From assembly GCA_047285805.1 (NCBI GenBank), contig JBJBCN010000003.1, positions 224,001-288,000 on the forward strand: DNA of 64,000 bases, read 5' to 3'. This document shows, piece by piece, positions 9,601-20,448 of this stretch; position 1 is the first letter of the stretch, and each line of letters starts with the position of its first letter. Both the position numbers and the translations under genes were made by a program. Source of the stretch: Synechococcus sp. GTDB taxonomy: Bacteria > Cyanobacteriota > Cyanobacteriia > PCC-6307 > Cyanobiaceae. The notes below the pieces were generated by a model. The model had not been told where the DNA came from. It worked only from the letters and a program-made list of their open reading frames with translations, and did not search any database.

Positions 9601-9693
9601 TCCACAGGTCATCTGAGGTGAGCTGAGCAACCGGCACCGCCTCACCCTTGTTGAACAGACGGCCGTGGCAAGATCGCGGCCTTACGCGACCCC

Positions 9694-12600
9694 TTGGTGA
9701 CTCAGCTCCGGAAGAGACTGATCCAGGGTGCTTCTGCATGGTCTGTTGCAGCCCTACAGCTCGCACCAATTGGCGCTGCCTTGGCCTTGCAGCCAACGGC
9801 TGCAGCCACCACATCAGTCCTCACCGAGGCCAGCCCCGAGCAGTCTCCGCCGGTCGTCATCAATCTGCTCTCCAACGAGCAGGGGTTTGATCAAGGCATC
9901 AATCGCTTTGTCGCTAAGGGCGACGTTCAAATCGATCTGGCCGGCGGGCGCGTGCTGGCGGATCGTCTGGAGTACGAGACCGCAACACGCACCCTGCTGC
10001 TGAGCGGGCGGGTCCGCTTCCAGCGCGGTGAGCAGTACTTCCAGGCCAACAGCCTCCGCTACAGCCTCATCGAGAACAGCGGTGATGCGGATGCGGTCTA
10101 CGGGGTACTCGACTTCGACACCAGTGAGGCTGACTTTGACCTCGAGGCCTATCCCTCTGTTGCACTGCCATCTCTGAGCTACTGGCCGACGTGGAGCGAC
10201 TGGGAAAAAGCGAGTTTTTCGACAAACCCGCCCCGCTTGCTTCGTAAAGATCTCAAGGGGAGTGTCCTGGTCGATGTCAGCTGGGCCAATCCGGCCAATA
10301 CCGCCGAATTGGCGCTGGCAGCACATCCACTCGAGGCGCACACAGGCCAGGTCGAGCTCAACGGTCTTGCCCTTGAAGGCCTAAGCAGCAGCGAGCAAGC
10401 CTTAGGCCTTCCAGACAAGCTCAGCCTGGTCCAATGGAGAGTGCCGCCCATTGCCGTGGCACCGTCCGCGCAATCGATGGCATGCACGCCGCTGATTCCG
10501 CCTGTTCCGGATTGGCACCCACATCCCTCTGCCGTGACGGGATGGGCATTCGGACAAGCGATTGACGCCAACTTCGGTGACTCCTTCACCTTCAATGGGC
10601 GCTGGCGACCCGAAAACATCTGGGGTCTGAACTACAACCAGCGCCTAGTGGATGCCGGACCCCTGGCGCTGGAATTTGACTCCAATGCCTTGCTGCACAA
10701 AACCAGCTGGCAACCCGGCGGTGAGTTCAACAACAGCGAGCCTTTTGCACCACTGCCGCCCCAGACCTTTGGCGAATTCACCGCTGCCTTCGGCCTGCGG
10801 GCTTGGCTGCAGCCCTGGCTGAGCCTGGGCTTCTTCGAGGGCGTGAGTTTGCTGACAAACAACAGCCTCTACGAGCAGACCTTCCGGCAGAACTACCAAA
10901 CCTTTCTGAACTACCTGGGGTTTGAGGTCGAAGCCCTGGTCAAACCCCAGTGGTCTGTGGTTGGCCGCCTGCATCACCGCTCAGGCGCCTACGGCACCTA
11001 TGGCGGTGTCAGCGAAGGCAGCAATGCCTACTTAGTCGGTGTTCGCTACCGCTATGGCCGCTCCAAACCACCTCGGATTGCTCCACTGATGCCACCCGCG
11101 GCCAGCTGCCCGGGAGCACCCAGCCCCGACGAAGAGCAGAGGCAAAAGCCTCTTGCTGATCAACTCAATGCTGTTGCGGAGTCGAGAGCTCAGCAGGCAA
11201 CCGGCACTAGCCAACCACCAGCCGTTCCTCCACTCCCTAAGACGACAGCGGCAAAGCGCGAAGCAGAGCGTCACAAGGCCATCGAGGCCATTGCGGACCA
11301 ACGCATCAGCGACCTTTACTACGTCCGCAGCCTCAAAATGGAGCGGCGCCAGGGGGCTGGCTTCTTGAGTCGCTCCAGCGAAGAAGACGCCTTTGGCTCG
11401 GTCCAACCCAGCCAGTTGATGTCACCCGACGGCGATCAGAAACTGATCGAGGGCTTCATCAGCCGCTGGAGGTTCCAGGCTGCCCGAATTCAGATCACAC
11501 CTGACGGCTGGACCGCAACACGCGCTGCTTTCAGCAACGACCCCTTCACGCCTGCCCAATCCTGGATAGACCTTGAAGAGGTTGTTGCCGTTCAGGAAAC
11601 GGATGAGCGCACCAAGATCAGCGCCAAGCGCAGCCGCCTCGTCTTAGAGAACCGGCTTCCGATCCCGATGCGGAAAAACATCGTCCTCGAGCAAGATCAG
11701 CCTACGGATAACCCTTGGGTCATTGCCGACGATGGTATTGACCGCAGTGGCATCTACTTCGGATACAACATGAAGGAAATCGAGCTCAAGAAAGCTCGAT
11801 CGTTAACCAACAAAAAAGGTGTTCAGGTTGATGAACAGCCCCTCAAGCTCAAAATTCAGCCCCAATTCATGGTGGCCCGAGCACTCAACGGGAACGTCAA
11901 CAGCTTTGTTCTACCTGGCGATCCGATTGGAGGACCGAAAGGATCTCAGCCGGCGCAGATAGGGGATCTCTTTGGTGCCTTGATAAAGCTCGAAGGCTCT
12001 GTCTTCGGTTACTCCACCAGTGATTTCACCCTCAGCCTGCCAACGCTGAACCCCCAGAACATGGCGAACGGCACCCGCAGCTGGGGTGACTTCTCAAGAC
12101 AAGTTTTCATTCCCAAGCTGGGGATTATTCCAGCTGGCACCTACACCACACGTCTGTTCGGTGCCTATCGCTACAAGACCTACAACGGCTCACTGGGCCA
12201 GCAGGACGTCTACTCCGCCCTCGGCGCTTCAATCGAGCGCCAAGGCGATCTCAATCCCTGGTGGCAGGTCAAGCACAACTATTACTGGAGGGCAGCCTTC
12301 GGCAACTTCCAAGGCAATAGTTTTAGCGACTCAAATCTTATTGATAGCACGCGCGGAAGTTTCTTTGGTGCCGTCAACAGTTCACTTCAAATTTGGCAAG
12401 CCAAATACGGCGATCGCAACAACCCCAAGACCACCCAGAACACACCTAACCCCATAACGCCTGGACTCCGTTTCAACACCAACGTCAGCACCCGTCTTGA
12501 CTTCTATGGCGATGGCACCCGACAACTTGACCTCAGCCTCTCAGGTGGTCCGACATTGACATTGGGGCGTTTCGTGAAAAACTTCTTCGATTACACCGAA

Positions 12601-12963
12601 CTCACCATTGCTGGCGGCGGAACACTGCAGCAGGGTGAAAGTCCGTTCAGCTTTGATAGAAACGTCGACCTCGCCACGTTGGGTATTGGTTTGCGCCAAC
12701 AACTCGTCGGTCCGCTGTTGATCAGCGGCGGCCTGGGTGTAAACGTCGATCCCAGCTCTCCGTACTACGGCGACTTCACCAATGCCTATGGCGAATTGGT
12801 GTGGTCCCGCCGCGGCTACGAATTCGCGATCTACTACAGCCCCTACGAGCAGATTGGCGGGATCCGCGTGAAGCTCAACGACTTCAACTACAGAGGCACG
12901 GGCCTCCCCTTTGTGCCGTACACCCCGACCGATTTCACCAAGAAGCGCCAGGGGCTTTACTGA
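9694..12963 (+). CDS. LptD/OstA-like outer-membrane protein (DUF3769 type)
   Basis: N-terminal signal, OstA-like segment (FVAKGDV..ADRLEY..GRVRFQRGEQ), FSNDPFTP and a beta-strand-rich C-terminus. Confidence 0.8.
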   Translation: MVTQLRKRLIQGASAWSVAALQLAPIGAALALQPTAAATTSVLTEASPEQSPPVVINLLSNEQGFDQGINRFVAKGDVQIDLAGGRVLADRLEYETATRTLLLSGRVRFQRGEQYFQANSLRYSLIENSGDADAVYGVLDFDTSEADFDLEAYPSVALPSLSYWPTWSDWEKASFSTNPPRLLRKDLKGSVLVDVSWANPANTAELALAAHPLEAHTGQVELNGLALEGLSSSEQALGLPDKLSLVQWRVPPIAVAPSAQSMACTPLIPPVPDWHPHPSAVTGWAFGQAIDANFGDSFTFNGRWRPENIWGLNYNQRLVDAGPLALEFDSNALLHKTSWQPGGEFNNSEPFAPLPPQTFGEFTAAFGLRAWLQPWLSLGFFEGVSLLTNNSLYEQTFRQNYQTFLNYLGFEVEALVKPQWSVVGRLHHRSGAYGTYGGVSEGSNAYLVGVRYRYGRSKPPRIAPLMPPAASCPGAPSPDEEQRQKPLADQLNAVAESRAQQATGTSQPPAVPPLPKTTAAKREAERHKAIEAIADQRISDLYYVRSLKMERRQGAGFLSRSSEEDAFGSVQPSQLMSPDGDQKLIEGFISRWRFQAARIQITPDGWTATRAAFSNDPFTPAQSWIDLEEVVAVQETDERTKISAKRSRLVLENRLPIPMRKNIVLEQDQPTDNPWVIADDGIDRSGIYFGYNMKEIELKKARSLTNKKGVQVDEQPLKLKIQPQFMVARALNGNVNSFVLPGDPIGGPKGSQPAQIGDLFGALIKLEGSVFGYSTSDFTLSLPTLNPQNMANGTRSWGDFSRQVFIPKLGIIPAGTYTTRLFGAYRYKTYNGSLGQQDVYSALGASIERQGDLNPWWQVKHNYYWRAAFGNFQGNSFSDSNLIDSTRGSFFGAVNSSLQIWQAKYGDRNNPKTTQNTPNPITPGLRFNTNVSTRLDFYGDGTRQLDLSLSGGPTLTLGRFVKNFFDYTELTIAGGGTLQQGESPFSFDRNVDLATLGIGLRQQLVGPLLISGGLGVNVDPSSPYYGDFTNAYGELVWSRRGYEFAIYYSPYEQIGGIRVKLNDFNYRGTGLPFVPYTPTDFTKKRQGLY

Positions 12964-13460
12964 GGGGGCAACCCCGGCAACGGCCTCGGTCCATCAACAA
13001 CGTCACCGCCCACCATCAGCTGGCTACCGGTGAAGTCCACCCCCATCAAGACCGTCTGATCGAGCTTGAGCCCAGGGGTTAAAGCCTGAATCATCACGGC
13101 ACCGCTCAAGTTCGCGCTGCTGAGGTCGGCACCAGATAAATCGGCATTGCTCAACCGAGTGCCCTGGAGCTGCGCCCCCTCCAGGTTGGCGCCGCTGAGA
13201 TCCGCCCCCTCCAAATTGCTGCCGCGCAGATCCGCTCCGCGCAGATCCGCCTCGCGCAGGTCGATGCCATTCAGCATCAAGCCGCTCAGGTCAGTTCCGC
13301 GCAGGTCACAGCCTGGGCAAGCGGGCCAGGCCGGGGCGCTGAGCTCAGCTGCCTCTGGGTAAGGCTCAACCTGCAGAGGAGCGGCTTGAACCGATCCAGG
13401 GCCACAGAGCAGGGCGAATGCGACGGCCGCCGATCCCTTCCCAAGCCAGCCGATCGCCAT
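12957..13460 (-). CDS. Exported pentapeptide-repeat protein
   Basis: Signal peptide, CPGCDL, then A(D/N)LXX repeats. Confidence 0.9.
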   Translation of the reverse strand: MAIGWLGKGSAAVAFALLCGPGSVQAAPLQVEPYPEAAELSAPAWPACPGCDLRGTDLSGLMLNGIDLREADLRGADLRGSNLEGADLSGANLEGAQLQGTRLSNADLSGADLSSANLSGAVMIQALTPGLKLDQTVLMGVDFTGSQLMVGGDVVDGPRPLPGLPPQ

Positions 13461-13514
13461 TGCCGCTGCGCCGCTATCTCATTCATAGACAGTGACGCAA
13501 CTGGCCGCCACGGA

Positions 13515-14138
13515 TCAGGCGATTTGGAACAGACGCAGATAGGGAAGGCGTTGGGTGGTGGCCTTGAGGGCCCCGTCATTGGCCAGCAACTGAGCCGTGG
13601 CATCCCACTGCCCGCTGAGCAGCATCTGCTTGGGTCCCTCCGCCAAGGTCAACGCCCACTGCTGGTCGCCGCAAGAGAGCGTCAAGGCATCGACATCAGC
13701 CACGAAAACCGCAGTCGCATCGGCCTCGGCCACCGCCTGAATCGCCATCATGGTCTCGTGATCGGCGCTGAGGCACGGAATGCCCAAGGCCAGGCAGTTC
13801 CCATAGAAGATCTCAGCGAAGCTCTCGCCGACCACCACCCGGATGCCCCAACGCATCAGGGCCTGCGGGGCATGCTCGCGGCTTGAGCCGCAGCCGAAAT
13901 TGCGATTCACCAGCAGGACGGACGCCTCTTGATGCTCCGGGCGATCGAAGGGGTGCGCTCCGGCTAACTCCGCGCGGTCATCGGCGAAGGCCGAAGGCCC
14001 GAGGGCATCAAAGGTGACGCACTTCAGGAAACGAGCCGGAATAATCCGGTCAGTGTCGATATCATCGCCGCGCACCACAACGCTGGTGCCGGAGACCTGA
14101 GTGATCGAGCCAGAGGGGAAAGGAGTGGAGCTAGCCAT
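13515..14138 (-). CDS. leuD: 3-isopropylmalate dehydratase small subunit
   Basis: DIDTDRIIPARFL, NFGCGSSREHAP and SFAEIFYGN. Confidence 0.97.
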   Translation of the reverse strand: MASSTPFPSGSITQVSGTSVVVRGDDIDTDRIIPARFLKCVTFDALGPSAFADDRAELAGAHPFDRPEHQEASVLLVNRNFGCGSSREHAPQALMRWGIRVVVGESFAEIFYGNCLALGIPCLSADHETMMAIQAVAEADATAVFVADVDALTLSCGDQQWALTLAEGPKQMLLSGQWDATAQLLANDGALKATTQRLPYLRLFQIA

Positions 14139-14163
14139 CGGTTGAAAAGAAAAACGCGATCAA

Positions 14164-15573
14164 TCAGGCGTTGAGCAACACGCGCACATCACTGACGCAG
14201 CCCTGAATCGCGGCGGCCGCCACCATCGCTGGGCTCATCAACAGGGTGCGGCCGCTGGAGGAACCCTGGCGTCCTTTGAAATTGCGATTGCTGGAGCTCG
14301 CGCTGATCTGACGACCTTCCAAGCGGTCCGGATTCATCGCCAGGCACATCGAGCAGCCCGGCTCACGCCACTCAAAGCCCGCCGCTTCAAAGACCTTGTC
14401 GAGGCCTTCCGCCTCCGCCGCCGCGGCAACCTGCTCGCTGCCAGGAACTACAAAGGCCTTGATGCCTGCAGCCACATGGCGTCCCTTCGCCACCGCAGCC
14501 GCGGCCTGAAGATCACTCAAACGGCCATTGGTGCAGCTGCCAATAAAGCAGACATCGACAGGCAAGCCAGCGATGGGAGCCCCGGGCTGCAGATCCATGT
14601 AGCGATAGGCCTCCTCCGCGAGGGGACGCTCGTCGGGTTCGGTTTGCTCCAGGGTGGGCACAGCCTCATCCACACCGATGCCTTGGCCGGGGGTGATGCC
14701 CCAGGTGACCGTGGGCGCGATGGAAGCCGCATCACAGCGGACTTCATCGTCGAAGACGGCATCGGTGGAGCTGGCCAAGCCACTCCACCAACGCACCGCC
14801 TCAGACCAGGCCTCGCCACTGGGAGCGAAGGGACGACCCTCGAGGTAGTCAAAGGTGACCTGATCGGGATTGACGTACCCGCAGCGGGCGCCGCCCTCAA
14901 TCGCCATGTTGCAGAGGGTCATCCGCTCCTCCATCGAGAGCGCCTCAATCGCTGGGCCGGCGAATTCGTAGGCGTAGCCGACTCCGCCCTTCACCCCCAG
15001 GGTGCGGATCAGATGCAAGACCAGGTCCTTGGCGTAGACGCCGGGCTGCAGCTGTCCATCCACCCAGATCCGGCGGACATTGAGCTTGCCCATCGCCAGG
15101 CTCTGGCTGGCCAACACATCTCGGACCTGACTGGTGCCAATGCCAAAGGCGATCGCACCGAAGGCCCCATGGGTGGAGGTGTGAGAGTCGCCGCAGGCCA
15201 CGGTCATGCCCGGCTGGGTCAAACCCAGTTCAGGGGCAATCACATGGACGATCCCTTGGCGACCGCTGCCAATGCCATGCAGAGTGATGCCGTGCTCCGC
15301 GCAGTTGGCCTCCAAGGTGGCCAGCATTTCCTCCGCCAGTGGATCCGCGAAGGGGCGCGCCTGGGAGGTAGTCGGAACGATGTGATCGACCGTGGCGACC
15401 GTGCGCTCGGGGTGCCGCACCGTCAAACCCAGGTCCTTCAAGCCGGCAAAGGCTTGGGGGCTGGTGACCTCGTGGATCAAGTGCAGGCCGATAAACAGCT
15501 GGGTGGCCCCACCCGGCAGCTGGGAGACCTGGTGTAGATCCCAAACCTTGTCGTAGAGGGTGCCGGAGCTCAC
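14164..15573 (-). CDS. leuC: 3-isopropylmalate dehydratase large subunit
   Basis: [35 protein letters not shown] and [10 protein letters not shown]. Start placed at GTG 15573 because the longer start overlaps cinA. Confidence 0.96.
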   Translation of the reverse strand: MSSGTLYDKVWDLHQVSQLPGGATQLFIGLHLIHEVTSPQAFAGLKDLGLTVRHPERTVATVDHIVPTTSQARPFADPLAEEMLATLEANCAEHGITLHGIGSGRQGIVHVIAPELGLTQPGMTVACGDSHTSTHGAFGAIAFGIGTSQVRDVLASQSLAMGKLNVRRIWVDGQLQPGVYAKDLVLHLIRTLGVKGGVGYAYEFAGPAIEALSMEERMTLCNMAIEGGARCGYVNPDQVTFDYLEGRPFAPSGEAWSEAVRWWSGLASSTDAVFDDEVRCDAASIAPTVTWGITPGQGIGVDEAVPTLEQTEPDERPLAEEAYRYMDLQPGAPIAGLPVDVCFIGSCTNGRLSDLQAAAAVAKGRHVAAGIKAFVVPGSEQVAAAAEAEGLDKVFEAAGFEWREPGCSMCLAMNPDRLEGRQISASSSNRNFKGRQGSSSGRTLLMSPAMVAAAAIQGCVSDVRVLLNA

Positions 15574-15605
15574 GCCGATGCCTGCAGCGGAATCGACGAG
15601 CCTAC

Positions 15606-16847
15606 TCAGGCCAACTGCAGTCTCAATCGGTTCAAGGCCTCGCCGGCGCTCAGGATCTGGATCCATGCGCGGCCGCGACTCGTACCAAAGCGAAGGCCCT
15701 CACTGCTGCAGCCCTTGGGACCGGCCAAAGCGATGTGCACCAGACCCACGGGCTTCTGCTCGCTCCCCCCTCCCGGTCCTGCGACTCCCGTGATCGCCAG
15801 GGCCCAATCCGCTCCCGTCAGCCGTCGCACCCCCTCAGCCATCGCCTCGGCCACGGGATCGCTGACGGCCCCATAGGTGTCCAGGAGCGCCTCAGACACC
15901 CCGAGTACCTGCTGCTTGACGCTATTGGCATAGGCAATCACCCCACCAAGAAACACATCGGACGCGCCAGGGACAGCCGCCAAGGCCGCACCTAGGCCAC
16001 CACCGGTGCAGCTCTCCGCAACGGCGACGCTCTGCCCGAGCTGCCGAAGCCGATCCAGCACCACCGCGGCCAGGCTCTGCTCATCGACGCCAAAACAGCT
16101 CAGGCCCGTTCGATTGCGGATCTCGCGCTCCACCGGCTCAAGCAGGGCTTCGGCTTCGGCGAGGTGCTCGGCTCGGGCCGTGATCCGCAGCTTGACCTCC
16201 CCAGCCCCCGCATAGGGCGCCACGGTGGGGTTGACCTGCTCGAGCAGATCCGCCATGTCCTCGGCCAAGGCCGATTCAGAAACACCCCAGAAGCGCAGCA
16301 TCCGGCTTGCGAACACCCCAGCGGCCAAGCCGGACTGCCGCAACCAAGGGGCCGCGGTCTGCTGCCACATCGCCTTCATCTCACTGGGAACCCCCGGGAA
16401 GGTCAGCACCGTGAAGCCCGGAACCGGGCTCCAGATCATTCCGGGGGCCGTTCCAGTGGGGTTGGACAGCAGCTCAGCCCCTTGCGGCAAGAACGCCTGG
16501 CGGCGATTGCTCGGCGAGCAAGTCCGGCCGCGGGCGGACACGCGCGCCTGGATCTCCGCCCAAACCTCAGGGTGCTCGACCAGGGGGGTCTCAAACGCAG
16601 CAGCGATAGCCTCGGTGGTGAGGTCATCCGGGGTCGGTCCCAGGCCGCCCGTGGTGATCAAGACGCGGCAGCGGCTGGCAGCTTGCCGGACCTCAGCCAT
16701 CAAGCGCTCGCGGTTGTCGCCAACGACCATCTGGCGTTGATGGGGAACTCCGAGGGACGCCAATTGCTCGGCAATCCAGCGGGCATTGCCGTTCGTGATG
16801 TTGCCCAGCAGCAATTCGCTACCGACGCAGAGGATTTCAGCTGTCAA
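15606..16847 (-). CDS. cinA: Competence/damage-inducible protein CinA (NMN deamidase domain)
   Basis: [31 protein letters not shown] and ITGVAGPGG. Confidence 0.93.
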   Translation of the reverse strand: MTAEILCVGSELLLGNITNGNARWIAEQLASLGVPHQRQMVVGDNRERLMAEVRQAASRCRVLITTGGLGPTPDDLTTEAIAAAFETPLVEHPEVWAEIQARVSARGRTCSPSNRRQAFLPQGAELLSNPTGTAPGMIWSPVPGFTVLTFPGVPSEMKAMWQQTAAPWLRQSGLAAGVFASRMLRFWGVSESALAEDMADLLEQVNPTVAPYAGAGEVKLRITARAEHLAEAEALLEPVEREIRNRTGLSCFGVDEQSLAAVVLDRLRQLGQSVAVAESCTGGGLGAALAAVPGASDVFLGGVIAYANSVKQQVLGVSEALLDTYGAVSDPVAEAMAEGVRRLTGADWALAITGVAGPGGGSEQKPVGLVHIALAGPKGCSSEGLRFGTSRGRAWIQILSAGEALNRLRLQLA

Positions 16848-17934
16848 CTTCCTGGTCCTGGCGAACTCGCTCGCGGTTCACACTGCGGCGACAAATCGTC
16901 ACCGCCGCGATCAAAACCGCGGTGGCCAAGGTCAGCCAGAGGAAACGCAACTCGGCTCCAGCGAAGACCAAGGCCAAGGCAGCCAGCCACTGAGTGAAGG
17001 CGTAGATCAAGAGCACCGTGCGGCGATGGCTAAACCCGGCCCGCAGCAGGCGGTGATGCAAATGCCGCCGATCGGGATAGAAGGGGGAATGCCCCTCGCT
17101 GACCCGGCCCATGATCACGGCGGACATGTCTGCCAAGGGCAAGGCCAGGATCAAGACCGGGAAGAGCAAACTGACGCTGGTTAAGCCCTTGGCAGGGCCC
17201 ACGATGCTGATGGCGGCAAGGGCAAAGCCCAGGAAGTATGAGCCTCCATCGCCCATAAAAATCTGGGCCGGATTGAAGTTGTGGCGCAGGAACCCCAAGC
17301 AACTGCCCGCGAGTGCCGCGGCCAGAAGGCCAGGGGCCGGCTGAGAGAGGCTATAGCTGACCGAAAGCAAAGCCACAGCGGCAATTCCGCTGACACCGGC
17401 GGCCAGGCCATCGAGACCATCCAGCCAATTTATGGCGTTGGTGATCCCGACAAGCCAGATGACGGTGAAGAGCAAGCTCAGCGGTTCGGACAAGGGAATG
17501 ACCCCTGAACCACCACCGAAGGGCAGATCAATCCCACCAATACGAACGCCCTGGCTCCAAACCGCCATCGCCACCGCCACCTGACCAACAAGACGCGGCA
17601 AGGGAGGCAAGGCAAAGAGGTCATCGGCCAGACCGATGACGAAATAGCAAAGCGACCCCGCCAGGGTGGTCCAAATAAGGGCATCCCGCTGCGGAGGCAG
17701 CTCCACAAAGCCACCCAGGCTCCAGATCAAGAGCAAGCCGAGCACGAAGCCCGCCACAATCCCGATCCCACCCAGGCGCACCATTGGCGTGGTGTGCTGC
17801 TTCCTTGAGTCGGGGTGGTCAATCAGCCCCCAACGCAATCCCAACTGGCGTACGAGGGGAACGATCAAGGCGGTCAGCACTGCAGCGCTTGCGAAAGCCA
17901 GGACAGCGGCAAGATCCGGCCGGCTGGAAATCAT
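16837..17934 (-). CDS. MraY/WecA/TagO-family undecaprenyl-phosphate GlcNAc-1-P transferase (Glycos_transf_4)
   Basis: [25 protein letters not shown] and DRRHLHHRL; multiple TM segments. Confidence 0.9.
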   Translation of the reverse strand: MISSRPDLAAVLAFASAAVLTALIVPLVRQLGLRWGLIDHPDSRKQHTTPMVRLGGIGIVAGFVLGLLLIWSLGGFVELPPQRDALIWTTLAGSLCYFVIGLADDLFALPPLPRLVGQVAVAMAVWSQGVRIGGIDLPFGGGSGVIPLSEPLSLLFTVIWLVGITNAINWLDGLDGLAAGVSGIAAVALLSVSYSLSQPAPGLLAAALAGSCLGFLRHNFNPAQIFMGDGGSYFLGFALAAISIVGPAKGLTSVSLLFPVLILALPLADMSAVIMGRVSEGHSPFYPDRRHLHHRLLRAGFSHRRTVLLIYAFTQWLAALALVFAGAELRFLWLTLATAVLIAAVTICRRSVNRERVRQDQEVDS

Positions 17935-18063
17935 CGAAGGCGGTGCTCAATGCAGTGCGCAGTGACCCGCGCGGATCGGCGCCAGGCAAAGGCCCTGCCA
18001 GCCAAAGCTTAAGCAGGGCCTAGGAGTTCGGCGATAGCCAAGGCCCCCTCAGGGGCCAGTCGC

Positions 18064-19353
18064 TCAAGCGGGCTGCAGCTCGCGCCGATGGGCGTACAGG
18101 GGGAAGCGCTCACAGAGGGCACCTACCCGTTCACGGCAACGCTCCTCTATGGCGGAGTCTTCGGGATTGAGCAGGCGATCGGCGATCACATCCGCCACCT
18201 CACGGAAAGCGTCTTCGTCAAAGCCACGGGTCGTGCAAGCGGCCGTCCCCAGTCGCAGACCACTGGTCACGAAGGGGGACTGGGGGTCGAAAGGCACGGT
18301 GTTCTTGTTGGCCGTGATGTGGACTTCACTGACCAGGAGATCAGCCACCTTGCCGGTCATGCCGATACCGCGCAGGTCCAGCAGCACAATGTGGTTATCG
18401 GTGCCCGCACTGACCACATCAATGCCGCGCTCTTTGATACGAGCCGCCAGGGCCTGGGCGTTGGCCACCACCTGTTTAGCGTAGTCCTCGAAGCTGGGCT
18501 GCAGCGCTTCGCCAAAGGCCACGGCCTTCGCCGCGATGACGTGCTCCAGGGGGCCACCCTGGCTGCCAGGGAACACCGCTTTATCGAACTGCCTAGCGAA
18601 ATCCGCATCACGGCAGAGAATTAGGCCTCCGCGTGGGCCGCGCAGGGTCTTGTGGGTGGTGGTGGTGACCACGTCACACACGGGAACCGGGTTGGGGTGC
18701 ACACCGGCAGCAACCAGACCAGCGATGTGAGCCATGTCGGCCAGGAGGAAGGCACCCACTTCATCGGCGATGGCCCGGAAAGCCTGGAAGTCGATCATGC
18801 GGGGGTAAGCCGAGTACCCGCAGACGATCAGCTTGGGCTTGTGCTCGAGGGCGAGCTTGCGGATCGCCTCGAAGTTCAGCTGCTGGGTGGTTTCATCCAC
18901 GCCGTACTGAACGACGTTGAACCACTTGCCGCTGACGTTGACCGGGGAACCATGGGTCAGGTGACCACCATGGCTCAGGTCCATGCCCATGATCGTGTCG
19001 CCCGGCTTCAGCAGCGCCAGGAACACCGCAAAGTTGGCCTGGGCGCCGCTGTGGGGCTGGACGTTGGCCCAGGCCGCACCGAAAAGCTCTTTGGCGCGCT
19101 CAATCGCCAGCTCTTCGATGGCATCGACGTGCTCACAGCCGCCGTAGTAGCGCTTCGACGGCAGGCCCTCGGCGTACTTGTTGGTCAGGACGGAGCCCTG
19201 GGCCTCCATGACGGCCTTGGAGGCGAAGTTCTCCGAGGCGATTAGCTCCAGGTGGGTCTGCTGACGCTGCAGCTCCTTGCCAATCAAGGCAGCGATGGCG
19301 GGATCGCTCGCAGCCAGGGGGCGATTGGTGGCTGCTGCGGTGGACTCCGCCAT
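18064..19353 (-). CDS. glyA: Serine hydroxymethyltransferase
   Basis: [21 protein letters not shown] and [14 protein letters not shown]. Confidence 0.98.
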   Translation of the reverse strand: MAESTAAATNRPLAASDPAIAALIGKELQRQQTHLELIASENFASKAVMEAQGSVLTNKYAEGLPSKRYYGGCEHVDAIEELAIERAKELFGAAWANVQPHSGAQANFAVFLALLKPGDTIMGMDLSHGGHLTHGSPVNVSGKWFNVVQYGVDETTQQLNFEAIRKLALEHKPKLIVCGYSAYPRMIDFQAFRAIADEVGAFLLADMAHIAGLVAAGVHPNPVPVCDVVTTTTHKTLRGPRGGLILCRDADFARQFDKAVFPGSQGGPLEHVIAAKAVAFGEALQPSFEDYAKQVVANAQALAARIKERGIDVVSAGTDNHIVLLDLRGIGMTGKVADLLVSEVHITANKNTVPFDPQSPFVTSGLRLGTAACTTRGFDEDAFREVADVIADRLLNPEDSAIEERCRERVGALCERFPLYAHRRELQPA

Positions 19354-19427
19354 GAGAAATCAGGGCTCAGGTTGAGCTGAATCGTAAGAAACCGCAGCAC
19401 TGCACGCCGACCGGCGCGCAAGCATTG

Positions 19428-19455
19428 AAAAAGTCGCCCCGAAGGACGACTCTTT
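19428..19455 (-). terminator. Intrinsic terminator downstream of tRNA-Arg
   Basis: Minus strand AGTCGTC-CTTCGG-GGCGACT followed by a T run; C(UUCG)G tetraloop. Confidence 0.75.
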
Positions 19456-19460
19456 GAAGG

Positions 19461-19534
19461 CGCGCCTGGAGAGATTCGAACTCCCGACCCTCTGATCCGT
19501 AGTCAGATGCTCTAATCCGCTGAGCTACAAGCGC
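19461..19534 (-). tRNA. tRNA-Arg(ACG)
   Basis: GCGCTTGTAGCTCAGCGGATTAGAGCA TCTGA CT-ACG-GA TCAGA GGGTCGGGAGTTCGAATCTCTCCAGGCGCG; cloverleaf, CCA not encoded. Confidence 0.96.
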
Positions 19535-19617
19535 CTGGGCTTTCCAGGACATTCTGCCCACATCGAGGGCCCACACGTCAACCAACCAAACTGGAGTCAA
19601 CGAGGAGCTGCTCAGAC

Positions 19618-19857
19618 ATGCCGATTCGTTGGTACGGCCCTGCCAACCCTGAGGACCCCACCTACCGGCACTTCAACCGGATCGTGAATCTGGTGCTGCA
19701 CGGCATGGTGTTTGCGGCCCTCAACAGCGGGCTCTGGTTTGTCCAAGAAATGCGCCACCCCTGGAGCCATCTCAGCTGGCTCACTAGTGCCTGGGCGGTC
19801 CTCATAGCGGCCCACCTTGTCAGCGTGGCCATTCAGCGCCCGAAAGCGTCATCCTGA
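19618..19857 (+). CDS. Small 2TM-domain membrane protein
   Basis: DPTYRHFNRIVNLVLH..FAALNSGLWF; two hydrophobic helices. Confidence 0.7.
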   Translation: MPIRWYGPANPEDPTYRHFNRIVNLVLHGMVFAALNSGLWFVQEMRHPWSHLSWLTSAWAVLIAAHLVSVAIQRPKASS

Positions 19858-19880
19858 GCGCAGCTCTGAAGGCGGTTGGC

Positions 19881-20168
19881 ATGGCCCTCTCCCCTAGCGA
19901 GATCCGCGACCTGCAACTCGAGATCGCCGATCGCCTTTACATCCAAATCGGTGGCTGGCACCTTTACCTCGGCGACGCCTGCCTCGCTGAGGCCCTTGCC
20001 ATCGAATGCGCCGCCAGGCTCGAGCAAGGGGCTGGGGTGTGCGCCCGGCAGTCCTTAGAAGCCGTTCAGGTTCCGATTGGCGGTGGAAGCAGCAAGCTGC
20101 CCCTGGCTCGACTGGTCCCGGCAGGGCAACTACAGGACCTGGAGGAGCTCCTGGACAACCGCAGTTAG
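19881..20168 (+). CDS. DUF3181-type conserved protein
   Basis: LYIQIGGWHLYLGDA...VPIGGG. Confidence 0.75.
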   Translation: MALSPSEIRDLQLEIADRLYIQIGGWHLYLGDACLAEALAIECAARLEQGAGVCARQSLEAVQVPIGGGSSKLPLARLVPAGQLQDLEELLDNRS

Positions 20169-20193
20169 GGTTGCCTCCACCTGCCAGGGCCCA

Positions 20194-20448
20194 GTGCTGG
20201 TCATCGAGGTCACCAACGCTCGCGAGGTGGTGCGACAACGCATCGGTCGATTGGGGAGCCGCTTGATCGGCAAAGTCGTCGATGCGGAGGCCCAGGTGGA
20301 AAAGGCCTTGATCCAAGAGATGGAGACCGCCTTCCGAGATTTCGGCATCGAAGCGAGGATCTACTCCGTTGACGGCCCAGCGATGGTGGGCAAAAGCCAC
20401 CTGGAGCTGCCGATCCAGGTCCGCGAAGAGCGGGTTATCGAGCTTTAA
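20194..20448 (+). CDS. Conserved hypothetical protein
   Basis: GTG start (VLVIEVTNAREVVRQRIG...) avoids overlap with the upstream gene; codon usage is core-like. Confidence 0.65.
   Translation: MLVIEVTNAREVVRQRIGRLGSRLIGKVVDAEAQVEKALIQEMETAFRDFGIEARIYSVDGPAMVGKSHLELPIQVREERVIEL

Noticed and set aside
13110..13310. 15-bp periodic repeats
   Set aside because: Explained by pentapeptide-repeat coding; not a CRISPR array or DNA repeat element.
18042..18057. GGCCCC-ctca-GGGGCC hairpin after glyA
   Set aside because: It has no convincing U-tract; it may stabilise the mRNA but is too weak to call a terminator.
19367..19600. 77-aa ORF
   Set aside because: It overlaps tRNA-Arg and its terminator; spurious.
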